DNA of 64,000 bases from positions 2,914,001 through 2,978,000 of the forward strand of contig JBHGNT010000003.1 of the NCBI GenBank assembly GCA_043228905.1, in the 5' to 3' direction. The notes under the pieces were generated by a model. It ran no database searches. It worked only from the letters and a program-made list of their open reading frames with translations, and was not told where the DNA came from. Origin of the DNA: Azolla caroliniana. Its lineage: Eukaryota > Plantae > Polypodiophyta. A program made the translations under genes and the position numbers. Shown in pieces: positions 49,861-61,474 of this stretch. Position 1 is the first letter of the stretch, and the number at the start of each line of letters is the position of its first letter.

Positions 49861-51491
49861 TACTATGACCAGTATTATTTTTGGCGAACTTGTTGTGTTT
49901 ACTGTCATTAATCACATTATCATTAACCAACTGAGCACATGGTCCACATAGAGGGGCGCATTAACAAATTGGACTGTGAATAGAATCAACTAAAAATTGA
50001 ATAGAGTATTAGCTTTCAATGGAAAATGGCATTCATTCTGGTCTCCCTTTCCCCTAATTTTCTCTCTATTCTTATCTCCGATTCTTCTTTCTACTAGTAG
50101 ATAGATAGATAAGGACCAAGGGGCAGCAACTGTCATGCACTGTTGTCAGTTTGACCCAAGATCCTACCTGTGTGTTTGGTTGACGCCCAAGGTCTAATAC
50201 GCAGCAGGTTTTAATTACTTTTAAGGCCTTGAGCTCAATAGTAGCTAATTATCACAAATTTATTTCCAAAACCATTTCATTTGATAACTCTATATGTGAG
50301 AATGGCAATAATTCATTTTCCAGCTTTTCCTACAAATTTGGGAATTGATGATGTTTACTTTCTTACACTGGGAATCATGTAATGCCTTCTCTTCTTCATA
50401 GTTAAGATGACAGCATGCACAGCTATCTTCCCAAGGGTTGCTGCTGGTTCTTGAACCTCTCAAGCTGCTCCTGCAGCGCCATGGTGTGTATCAATCATGT
50501 AGAGAAGGATCTGGAGGGGGGTTCCTTGCTCTTCCCTTATCTCATGCTACAGCCATGATCTTCTATCGTCCGAAAAAAGGCCGGATTGGGCTGACTCTTA
50601 CAGACGCCTCGTGCCCGTTCGGCCTCCTAATTCTGCGACTTTCTTATGCCTCGAAACCCTAAAATCTTTCTTCCTGAGAAAATTCCTCCATCTTTCTTCT
50701 TCTCCTCCTCCTGCAGAGAAGGATCTGTGCGATGATGAAGACAAAACCAGGCATGTATGAAAGCAAACAGAAACAAAATTCTGATGCAAAAAAAGTGCAG
50801 ATAGAGAAGAGATAAAGATTTAAGAAACAAAATCAGGGAAACTTGACACATAATCAAAAGAAGACAAGACATTGGGATGGAGTGAAAGCAAGCAAAGACA
50901 TCGTATGCATAGACAAGAGTGGCTTCCACACTACAAGAAGAAGCGAACGGAAAGGAAGGTCCGACCCAATAATACGAAAATACGGCCAAGAAGAAGAGAA
51001 GTACATAGTTGGAGAGCCAATGGGGATGAACAAATATTGTATAGATGATTTGGCTAGAATTATGTGAGATGTCCAATTTGCATGGACAATGAGAGACGAG
51101 GATTGCCCTACACTTGACCACAGAGAGACGGGGGATACTACAATATGCATTTGGTGTGATGACCCATTTCACCAAACGGAGGAGGAATTCTGTGGATTTC
51201 AAGAGATGCTCTATGACAGAATATTGTGTTCATACTTCCATTCATTGACAATTGAATCCACTCACTTGAGACTAGGCAACTATTTAATGTGAAATTTTGT
51301 TGTGTCAGCATGACAAAACTTGTGGAAGAAAAGTTGATGTAGTTGCGCAACGGGGAAGTTTATATGGCACCTAGGAGGGTCGGGCTTATCCATTTAAGCT
51401 GGGTTTCCTTGTTGATATTATTTTCAACTTTTTCTTCGGATTGCTTCTATGAAAACAAACTTGATGCTTTTTGATAAAAGCGAAGTATTAG

Positions 51492-51771
51492 TAGCAATTG
51501 GCAACAATTCAATTTGAACCGAACCAAACCATGAAACTGCAGCTTAACTGCTTAACGGTTAACGGTTAAAACAGTTTGGTTCGATTCGATTCGGTTCAAT
51601 TCGAGCCTTTATCATTTTAACCGTTTTCAATTAAAACAATTTGAAATAGCGGTTAAACGGTTTGACGGTTCGATTTGGTTTAGTTTAAGTGTCAATTTCA
51701 AAATCTTTTAACAGTTTGGTTTTTAACTTGATGAGTTTGACGCCCGCGAACCAAAGCATTGCCGATTGCTA
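51492..51771. mobile_element. hAT-family MITE (~280 bp)
   Basis: TIRs TAGCAATTGGCAA / TTGCCGATTGCTA; degenerate 8-bp TSD agtattag/agtagcag; AACCG/CGGTT subterminal repeats. Confidence 0.75.
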
Positions 51772-51920
51772 AGTAGCAGACATTGTCTTTTCTTGCAAGA
51801 GATAAGAATAGAGAGGAAAATTGTAGAGAGAGAGAGAGAGATTACCAAATGCCTGGGCTTGGACATTCATCTTTGCCTAGATGGATGTAGTTTAGTTGGT
51901 AAGGTTGCCCACTGAAGAAA

Positions 51921-51967
51921 AAGTTTAAGAAAAGGGCGAGAATATCAACAAGAAATCTGCCTTGCAC
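51921..51967 (+). pseudogene. Relic of a type-A DUF247 5' end
   Basis: agtttaagaaaagggcgagaatatcaacaagaaatctgccttgca versus A2 agtttaagagatgggtgagaatatcaacaaggaaatctgccttaca. Confidence 0.7.
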
Positions 51968-53896
51968 TGCAAATGGATGTGACAAATCAAATTATCCATT
52001 GCAAGGTGACTTTTAGCTTCAATCAAACGTAAAATAAAGTCATGTGAATTTCTTAATCTTAGTAGAAAATTAATGGCTTAAGTTTGCAATAATCACAATG
52101 ACAAGGAGTGTTTCCCAATGGCATCAGTGGGTTTTAATTGACATTTGCATTCATGTCACTTGTGTGCAGTATTCATGAATGTTGGTGTCATTAGTCCTAA
52201 TTAGAGCTCATAATAAGATGAGAAATAACAAATTTATTAGCATTTGCCCCAAACTCTCCATTATTTTCATAAAGACTATTTCCCTTTCAAATAAATTGAT
52301 CGTCTTTTTTTCTCAAATTGAGGTCTAATTTTGATAAGATTTTACATGTGTTGTACAAATGTGATCACAATACTAGTATTGTGTTTCAAAATCACTTTTG
52401 GTATGGGTAACTTATATCGAATTGTAATGAAAGTCTATTATTGTCCCATTTTTGTATGTAGCTATGCTTAACAAACAATTGGATATTTGCTAATTTGAGG
52501 ACAAAGCTATTAGCTCAACATTCTTTTTGTCTAGTCTCATAAAATGCATTAATCCGCAATGGGGTTACTACCAAATCATCATCTCATACCACACTTGCAC
52601 ACAACATATTTGACTTAGTAAACTAACATTTAGTTTTTAATATACCCAAGCACAAGATTGACTAAGATGATTGCAAAAGACATAATTGATTTGACATGAT
52701 AGATACCCTTCAAAGAGCACATTTTTGAATGATTGTGGTTGGCAATATGCAAATTATAGCTGAAAGTTGCAACTTGCATCCACACATATGTTGTATTAAG
52801 TGGAATCGTGGACTACTTAAAGTATGTTATTTGGATTCCAATGACTTGTTCTTGACACCCCCAAAAGCTTTTCTTTTCTATCAAATATCCTGAGTCAACT
52901 ACCAATCCTTTTTTGTCTTTTCTTCTTTCTATCCTATACAATACTTGAGAATGCCCAACTTTGCTCCCCTAAGTACATGTCACATCTTGTGTACCAATTT
53001 TTCTACTTAATTATATCTTTACCTATGATTGTGTAGCTAGATAGGTAGATTTTATTATTGTGCTCGCACATATGACCTCTGTGTGAGTGAGTGTGTGTGT
53101 GCATGCGAGGATTGTTGAACGGTACTTGACAGGAAGATAAAATATCATGGGATACTTCGAAGCATTTCTTTGTTTTTAGTCATACACACACATGGAGTTT
53201 TATACACTTCACATGCAAAGGTAAAACAAATGTGAAGTCTTCTTCAGGCTCTTTAAGCCCCCATAAAGACCAATGATTTCTTGACAATTGATTGACATAT
53301 CTAAGAACTATCTACCCTCTAAAGCACAATGCTATTAGAAGATCATGCCCCATTCTTTATGGTAGCAGATGCCAACATTGTACTATCCATAAGCATAATT
53401 ACTGTTGTTTGCAACTTTTTTTGTCGTAAACTTAGGTCTACTGCGAACCCCCTTGTGTCTAACGTGAAGGGTCTTTATGATGTGAACCTAACTTATGGGT
53501 GTTTGGATGACACATTTCTAGACTGTATCTGTTTTCTTGTTTGTATATGGACAAATGTTGTTATGTACAATTTTGGGAAAAACACCGACATTAGTATTAT
53601 TCACAGGCATTGATTTTGGTGACCATTGGCTCGTTATAGCAAAGATTTTACCTAAATATATATTCGTAATTAGTCTAAGAAAAATTTTCAAACTAGGATT
53701 ATCCAAGATCTTAGAAAAACATAAATGCTTAACAATACATGATGTCTTAATGTTAGTAGAATTTTAAAGGTTTACGACCCTCAATAATCGCAATGACTAT
53801 GAGTGTTTCCAGATGGCATTTCAGAGTTTTAATTGATATTAGCAGTATTGTCACTTGGATGCAGGATTAATGAATATTGGTGTCATTAGTGCTAAT

Positions 53897-56800
53897 TGTT
53901 GTGTAAAGGTGTCCCTCCTTGCGGGGGAGTCGGCCGAAAAGTCGACTTGAGTGTCGACTGGTCGAAATCGGTCGAAAAGCCGATTAGAGTCGAATCACTG
54001 AAATCGGCCGAAAAACCGAATTACCGAATTTGGTCGAAATTCGGAAAGTAAAAGAATAGTCAGTTGCGAAGAACCAAATCGGGGTTAGCTGATCGAATTC
54101 GGTGAGAGAGTCAAATTCGTACTCAGTCGAATAGACACACATATACATATACATATGTCTTCTACATTCAAAGAAGAAAACGACTTAGTATATATATGCT
54201 GACAGGCCTGGTAGTGCGCCTGTATGTGGGATAACTCACTAAGAGTGAAATAGTGAGAAAAGGGGAAAACCTACATGATAGCGTATGTGAGGGTGTGAGA
54301 TATATATATATATGAGAGGAAAACGAGTTGCGTGTGTGTGGTAAATCTGAGAACGACTGGTTTTCTGCACAGTAGTGGCTGTGCAAGAGTATACGTACTC
54401 AGAAGCTAAGTAAGAAGAAAAGAAGTGTGAAGCAAAAGAGAAAAAGACAGAGAAGCTTCGGAAGCTTCGAAAGGAATAGTCACATGCGTGCTAGAGTTTG
54501 AAGAGCTTGACTGAAATCGTGGTTTCAGTATATGCTCATACCAAATCAGGTTTCATTGTTCTGTGATTGTATTCTGTCATTTCTCATAGTGAAATCTCTG
54601 TTCCGTGGTTTTTCCCTAAATCAGGGTTTTCCACGTAAATTGTGTGTTCTTTCTTATTTCTGTTTGCATCTAAGTTCAATTTCTGATTTCGAATCGGAGT
54701 GAAACCCTTTTCAAACTGGTATCAGAGCGAGGTTCTAGATGGAAGGGAGCGTGAGTGGTTTTCCTGGGATGATTGTCTTGAACTCACAGAACTATTCAGA
54801 TTGGAAGATCAAAATGGAAGATCTCCTAATAGTAAAAGACTTGTATGAGCCCATAGAAAACAAGGATATACCAAAGGGGGTAATAGATTCGGAGTGGAGA
54901 ATCCTAAATAGGAAGGCAGTGGCGACCATAAGACAATGTGTAGACATTAGTGTCCTACAACATGTAGCGAGTGACACAAATGCCTTCGAGCTATGGCATA
55001 AGCTTTCCGCCCTCTATGAAAGGAAAAATGCCTTAAATAAGACCTTCTTGATGAGGAAGATAGTGAGACTGAAGTATGTAGATGGGGAGAGTATAGTAGA
55101 GCACATTAGTGTGTTTATGGGACTAGTGAATCAGTTAGCATCATCAAAGTTCCCACTAGATGATTGTATGCAGGCCACACTATTATTATGTACTCTACCC
55201 GATAGTTGGGAAAACCTAATAGTAACACTCAGCACTTCATGTAAAGAAGACAACTTATCCTTACAAGTAGTAAAAACGAGTATTCTAAATGAAGAGACAA
55301 GAAGAAAGGATAAAAGTGCTTTATCTCAATCGGAGGCTAATGTGACCCAAGAATTTAGTAGAGGTAGAAGAGAACATAGAAGTCTAGAAAATGGGGATAG
55401 GTTTAGGTCGAAATCTAGAGGAAGACCTACATGTTTTTATTGTGGGAAGCCTGGTCACTTCCAAAAGAATTGTCGACATCTTAGGAAGGACAAAGGCATG
55501 GCTGATGAGACCGAACCTAGAAAAATCTCCGATGATAAAAATACCTCAGCCATCGCAACTAGTGAGGAAGAGATGTTGTTCATATGTGAACAAGCTAGTG
55601 TGAATCTTGCAAGTGCTGAGAGCTCATGGGTAGTGGATTCCGGTGCATCATTTCACCTAACTCCCAAAAGAGAATGTTTCTCATCCTACACAGCGGGTGA
55701 CTATGGTCATGTAAAGATGGGAAATGACGGGGAATGCAAGATTGTGGGCATAGGAACTGTGTGCTTGCTAACATCTACAGGCTGCAGGTTAATGTTGAAG
55801 GATGTACGTCATGTTCCGGATGTCAGGTTGAACTTGATATCGGCTGGACGGCTAGACGATGAAGGGTACAGCGGTGGCTTCCAAAATGGTTCATGGAAGT
55901 TCTGTAAAGGGAGCCTGATCGTGGCTCGAGCCCAAAAACAGAACACACTGTATGTAATGCATGGGAAGTTGTGTCGAGAGGAAGCAAATGTAGTGGCTGG
56001 CTCAGATGGTGAGTTGTGGCATAAAAGGCTCGGACATATGAGTGAAAGGGGAATGCATATCCTTGCGGAAAAGGATTTCCTACCAGAGGTGAAAGGAGTG
56101 CATTTGGAAAAGTGTGTGGATTGCCTCGCTGGAAAGCAAAATAGAACAACGTTTCACTCTAGGCCTCCAATGAGGAGAGAGCATGCCTTAGAGTTGGTGC
56201 ACACCGATGTATGTTATGTTGATGCCCCATCTCATCGTGGAGGACAATACTTTGTCACATTTATTGATGACTTCAGTAGGAAAGTGTGGGCTTATGTGCT
56301 GGTGTCTAAAGACCAAGTGTTGTCGGTCTTTAAAGAGTTTCATGCCAGGGCAGAAAGAGAATCCGGACAGAAGCTGAAGGCTGTCCGGACAGATAACGGT
56401 GGCGAATATAGAGGCCAATTTGAGATGTATTGCAAGACTCAAGGCATCAAACTTGAGTATACGGTGCCGAAGACACCTGAGCTAAATGGTCTAGCAGAAA
56501 GAATGAATCGGACCATAATGGAAAGGGTAAGAAGCATGTTGGCACATGCAAAATTGCCAAAATCATATTGGGCTGAAGCAATGTTGACTGCTGTTTATCT
56601 CATAAACAGGTCTCCATCAGTGCCTTTGAAGGGGGATGTACCACAAAGAGTGTGGACAAGGAGAAATGTGTCTTATCAGCACTTAAAGGTGTTTGGATGT
56701 TTGGCCTATGTACATGTTGCTAAAGATCAGAGGTCAAAACTGGACAGCAAGTCCAAACCTTGTATATTCTTGGGGTACTCGGAAGACGAGTTCGGGTACA

Positions 56801-59578
56801 GAATGTGGGATCTCCTTGACAAGAAAGTGATAAGAAGTCGAGATGTCATATTCATGGAAGACAAGACAATCGAGGACTGGGAGCAACAAAGACCAGAGTC
56901 GTCTCCCAAATCGATCACTGCTATGGAGTCAATACTAGTCGATCCGACTCACACACAACAATCGGCTAATGAAATTGAATTTGAGTCGGTCGACACCCAA
57001 CAACAATCTGAGTCGGTCGACACCCAACATCTAACTGATACACACGAGTTGGAGTCGGAAGATGAGTTGCTGGAAGAAAATGGCCATCAGCCAATTATTG
57101 AAGGGAGAAGATATCCACGAAGACAAAGGAAGGTCTCTTCTAGATATCCAGCCAGTCAATATGTTCTCTTGACTGATGAAGGGGAACCAGAATGCTATGA
57201 AGAGGCCATGACTGATGTACACAAGGAGAAATGGTATAATGCCATGCAAGAAGAAATGGATTCCTTGCATGAGAACCTAACTTATGAGTTGATGGAGTTG
57301 CCTGATGGTAAGAAGGCACTTAGAAATAAATGGGTCTACAAATTAAAGACTGGTGAAGATGGTAGTACACCCAGGTATAAGGCCCGTATCGTCGTAAAGG
57401 GTTTCCAACAGAAAAAGGGTGTTGACTTTGATGAGATTTTTGCCCCAGTTGTAAAAATGACCTCTATTCGGACTGTCTTGAGTATGGCCGCTAGTATGAA
57501 TCTTGAAATCGAACAACTAGATGTTAAAACAGCCTTCTTGCATGGTGAGCTAGAAGAGGAAATCTATATGCAACAACCGGAGGGCTTTGAGGTAAAAGGA
57601 AAAGAAAATCTCGTGTGTAGGTTGAAGAAAAGCTTGTATGGTTTAAAGCAAGCTCCACGACAATGGTATAAGAAATTTGAGTCCTTCATGTTGGAACATG
57701 GATTCCACAAAACACAAGCCGATCATTGTGTATTTGTGAAAAGGTATAATGAGGGTGACTTTCTTATTCTGTTGTTGTATGTGGATGATATGTTGGTTGT
57801 TGGACAGGATGTCAAAAAGATTGCAAACTTGAAGAAATCATTGAGCAAATCATTTGCCATGAAAGACTTAGGACCGGCAAAACAGATTTTGGGAATGCAT
57901 ATAGTCCGGGACAGGACTGAAAACTTGCTATGGCTGTCACAAGAGAAATATGTGACAAAAGTTTTGCAAAGGTTTAATATGTGCGATGCAAAATCGGTCG
58001 GATCTCCATTGCCAATGGGCTGTAAGTTAAATTCAGGACAATGTCCGAAATCTGAGAAAGATAAGGCAGAGATGAGAAGAGTGTCGTATGCCTCTGCGGT
58101 TGGTAGCCTTATGTATGCTATGGTTTGCACAAGGCCGGACATTGCATTTGCTGTCGGGACAGTTAGTCGATACATGGGAAATCCTGGAAGGGAGCATTGG
58201 GAAGCTGTGAAATGGATTCTTAGATACCTCAAAGGAACTTCGAATGTATGTCTTAGATATGGCTCCGGGAAACCTGTGCTAGAAGGTTTTACAGATTCTG
58301 ACATGTCGGGTGATGTAGATTCTAGCCGATCCACATCAGGGTATGTGATGACGTATTCAGGGGGAGCTGTGTCATGGCAATCAAGATTGCAAAAGGTTGT
58401 GGCTTTGTCTACCACCGAGGCTGAGTATATGGCTGTAGTGGAAGCCGGAAAAGAACTGATTTGGATGAGAGAGTTCTTGAATGAACTAGGATTGAAGCAA
58501 GACAAGTACTTACTTCATTGTGACAATCAAAGTGCTATCCATCTGGCTAAAAATGCTACCTACCACTCTCGTACAAAGCACATTCAAAGAAGGTACCATT
58601 GGTTAAGAGAAAGAGTGGAAGAAAATGAGTTTGTTCTATCTAAGATCCCCACTGAAGAAAATGGCTCAGACATGCTCACAAAAATTTTGCCTATGGAAAA
58701 ACTTGTTGCATGCCGGAATAAGATTGGCTTGGTTGGTTCTCCCCCGACAGGAGTGAAGGGGGAGTTTGTTGTGTAAAGGTGTCCCTCCTTGCGGGGGAGT
58801 CGGCCGAAAAGTCGACTTGAGTGTCGACTGGTCGAAATCGGTCGAAAAGCCGATTAGAGTCGAATCACTGAAATCGGCCGAAAAACCGAATTACCGAATT
58901 TGGTCGAAATTCGGAAAGTAAAAGAATAGTCAGTTGCGAAGAACCGAATCGAGGTTAGCTGATCGAATTCAGTGAGAGAGTCAAATTCGTACTCAGTCAA
59001 ATAGACACACATATACATATACATATGTCTTCTACATTCAAAGAAGAAAACGACTTAGTATATATATGCTGACAGGCATGGTAGTGCGCCTGTATGTGGG
59101 ATAACTCACTAAGAGTGAAATAGTGAGAAAAGGGGAAAACCTACATAGCGTATGTGAGGGTGTGAGATATATATATATGAGAGGAAAACGAGTTGCGTGT
59201 GTGTGGTAAATCTGAGAACGACTGGTTTTCTGCACAGTAGTGGCTGTGCAAGAGTATACGTACTCAGAAGCTAAGTAAGAAGAAAAGAAGTGTGAAGCAA
59301 AAGAGAAAAAGACAGAGAAGCTTCGGAAGCTTCGAAAGGAATAGTCACATGCGTGCTAGAGTTTGAAGAGCTTGACTGAAATCGTGGTTTCAGTATATGC
59401 TCATACCAAATCAGGTTTCATTGTTCTGTGATTGTATTCTGTCATTTCTCATAGTGAAATCTCTGTTCCGTGGTTTTTCCCTAAATCAGGGTTTTCCACG
59501 TAAATTGTGTGTTCTTTCTTATTTCTGTTTGCGTCTAAGTTCAATTTCTGATTTCCAATCGGAGTGAAACCCTTTTCA
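53897..59578 (+). mobile_element. Full-length Ty1/Copia LTR retrotransposon, copy 2 (intact)
   Basis: LTRs 53897-54713 and 58767-59578; TSD CTAAT; PBS tggtatcagagc at 54717; PPT ggagtgaagggggag. Confidence 0.97.
54739..58776 (+). CDS. Copia gag-pol polyprotein, 1345 aa, uninterrupted
   Basis: Gag knuckle, DSGAS protease, integrase, YVDD RT, RNase H; the stop codon lies inside the 3' LTR. Confidence 0.96.
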   Translation: MEGSVSGFPGMIVLNSQNYSDWKIKMEDLLIVKDLYEPIENKDIPKGVIDSEWRILNRKAVATIRQCVDISVLQHVASDTNAFELWHKLSALYERKNALNKTFLMRKIVRLKYVDGESIVEHISVFMGLVNQLASSKFPLDDCMQATLLLCTLPDSWENLIVTLSTSCKEDNLSLQVVKTSILNEETRRKDKSALSQSEANVTQEFSRGRREHRSLENGDRFRSKSRGRPTCFYCGKPGHFQKNCRHLRKDKGMADETEPRKISDDKNTSAIATSEEEMLFICEQASVNLASAESSWVVDSGASFHLTPKRECFSSYTAGDYGHVKMGNDGECKIVGIGTVCLLTSTGCRLMLKDVRHVPDVRLNLISAGRLDDEGYSGGFQNGSWKFCKGSLIVARAQKQNTLYVMHGKLCREEANVVAGSDGELWHKRLGHMSERGMHILAEKDFLPEVKGVHLEKCVDCLAGKQNRTTFHSRPPMRREHALELVHTDVCYVDAPSHRGGQYFVTFIDDFSRKVWAYVLVSKDQVLSVFKEFHARAERESGQKLKAVRTDNGGEYRGQFEMYCKTQGIKLEYTVPKTPELNGLAERMNRTIMERVRSMLAHAKLPKSYWAEAMLTAVYLINRSPSVPLKGDVPQRVWTRRNVSYQHLKVFGCLAYVHVAKDQRSKLDSKSKPCIFLGYSEDEFGYRMWDLLDKKVIRSRDVIFMEDKTIEDWEQQRPESSPKSITAMESILVDPTHTQQSANEIEFESVDTQQQSESVDTQHLTDTHELESEDELLEENGHQPIIEGRRYPRRQRKVSSRYPASQYVLLTDEGEPECYEEAMTDVHKEKWYNAMQEEMDSLHENLTYELMELPDGKKALRNKWVYKLKTGEDGSTPRYKARIVVKGFQQKKGVDFDEIFAPVVKMTSIRTVLSMAASMNLEIEQLDVKTAFLHGELEEEIYMQQPEGFEVKGKENLVCRLKKSLYGLKQAPRQWYKKFESFMLEHGFHKTQADHCVFVKRYNEGDFLILLLYVDDMLVVGQDVKKIANLKKSLSKSFAMKDLGPAKQILGMHIVRDRTENLLWLSQEKYVTKVLQRFNMCDAKSVGSPLPMGCKLNSGQCPKSEKDKAEMRRVSYASAVGSLMYAMVCTRPDIAFAVGTVSRYMGNPGREHWEAVKWILRYLKGTSNVCLRYGSGKPVLEGFTDSDMSGDVDSSRSTSGYVMTYSGGAVSWQSRLQKVVALSTTEAEYMAVVEAGKELIWMREFLNELGLKQDKYLLHCDNQSAIHLAKNATYHSRTKHIQRRYHWLRERVEENEFVLSKIPTEENGSDMLTKILPMEKLVACRNKIGLVGSPPTGVKGEFVV

Positions 59579-61474
59579 CTAATTACAGGTCATAATAGGA
59601 CCAGTAGTTTGCGAAATAATTAGCACTAATGACAACAATATTCATAAATGCTGCATCCAAGTTATTGTCCCATTCTTGTCTCAAACTATTCATATCCGTT
59701 TGAGAAATGATTCTGATCAAATTATACATATGGTGTACAAGTGTCATTTTACAGCCCTTCCTACAAAATCGGGAATTGATGATCTTTACTTACTTACACT
59801 GGGAAACATGTAATGCATTCTGTTCTTCATACGATGGCTTGAGCGCGTTGCTGTCTGCTTGTTTGTGGAACCTCTCAAGCTGCTCCTACAGAGCCATGGT
59901 ATGTATCAATCATGTAGAGAAGGATCTCGAGGGGTGTTTCTTCCTTTACCTTTATCTTCACTTTTTTGAGAATCATGGTATGTGTTAGTTTGAGAAATTG
60001 TCTCCTTGGATTTGTCTTCACTTTTTTGAACCATGAGCACTTAGCAATTCACTATGCCCACCAAAAATTGGTCTCACGCATTTCGGCTTGAGATTGGATC
60101 GAGCTTTTAGTTCTACTCGAAAAAAGGATTGACTCGAATGCGACGACTAGTTCCTGGAAGACTACAAGGAACATTTAATTGGGGAAATAGACATCTTATT
60201 AGTCTTTTGCACACTTAGGATATTAATATATTGTCATGGTCATATTTTCATATCTTCGAATATAATTTTTACATGTGATATCAATTAACATAATGTTGCG
60301 GATAATGCATGAATTTTTAAAGTCATTATAGGTAATTATACAGTTATTTCATGGATGGGATATTGAGTGGGACACTCCCAGCTTGGGTTCAAAAGGTTTC
60401 CTTTACAGAAAGAAACTCCCCTTCAAAATAATAAACCTCACCTACCACTTAATACTCTCCAGAATTAGTTGGAGACCTTTATCGTATATATATATATATA
60501 TGCTTGAGGTTGTATCCACAAACAACAAGTTGAATGGCTTGTAGGATAATTGGATTATTATCCTACACAATTGTCCTAAATCAACTGGTCATATTTAGTA
60601 GTCTTTTCTTTCAATGCGTTGTACATACATACATACATATGGACGTATTTTCAAATTATAATGAATCATTCTTATGATTTTTATGAGACATAATATCAGA
60701 ATATTTATTTCTATTAATTGGTCTGAAGTTTGTAGAGCCGGCCCTCTAGAAATGGTATTTGCGATTTCGCTGATGAGTTAGCTACCAAACAGAAAAAATA
60801 TTAAACATTAAAAATAAATGACTTCATCCTTCATGAAAATTATAGAAAACTGAAAGTAACTCAAGAATTAACACTGCACCGAAGGAATCTATATCACTGA
60901 CTTATGAATGATAAGTAGTAGAGAAATCTATAACACGGCGCGGCGCGTAATCATTATTTGAGATTACATTATTAGTCATTGTCTAAACATAACCATAATC
61001 TAGGATTCTAGGAAGATGGAAGATGAATGGAATACTTGCCAGTCAATTCATCCTCTTTTCTTTTCAAATTAGTCATTGATAGATCCACAGAAATAGACGC
61101 ACTAACAAGATGGGCCCACTAAAAATAGACTCCAGCTCTTAAGTTGGGCCTGCAAGAATCGATTAATTAGAATCGAATTCCTTCCTATGGTAAATGGCAT
61201 GATTCTTGGGTCCACGTATATTGCTGATCATGCACGGAATTGCACACATTCGCATTCTCATCTCTGTCTCTCTCTCATACATAGATAGGTAAATAGATAG
61301 AACATAGATTTTCTTATCATCTGAGGGTAGGATTAACTCATATATGCATATAAAGATGGCCGATACTACTTGACCTAATCTTCTTCGTGCCCCACAGAAG
61401 CAGAAGCAGAAGCAGAAGAAGAAGAAGAAGAAGAAGAAGAAGAAGAAGAAGAAAAAGAAGAAGAAGAAGAAGAA

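Noticed and set aside
51882-51912. tRNA gene (ggatgtagtttagttggtaagg)
   Set aside because: Only an A-box-like 5' portion; no T-arm/B box or acceptor stem
12711-53896. Existing inversion between the two opposite Copia copies
   Set aside because: Each element has its own matching TSD, and all DUF247 genes share the same orientation
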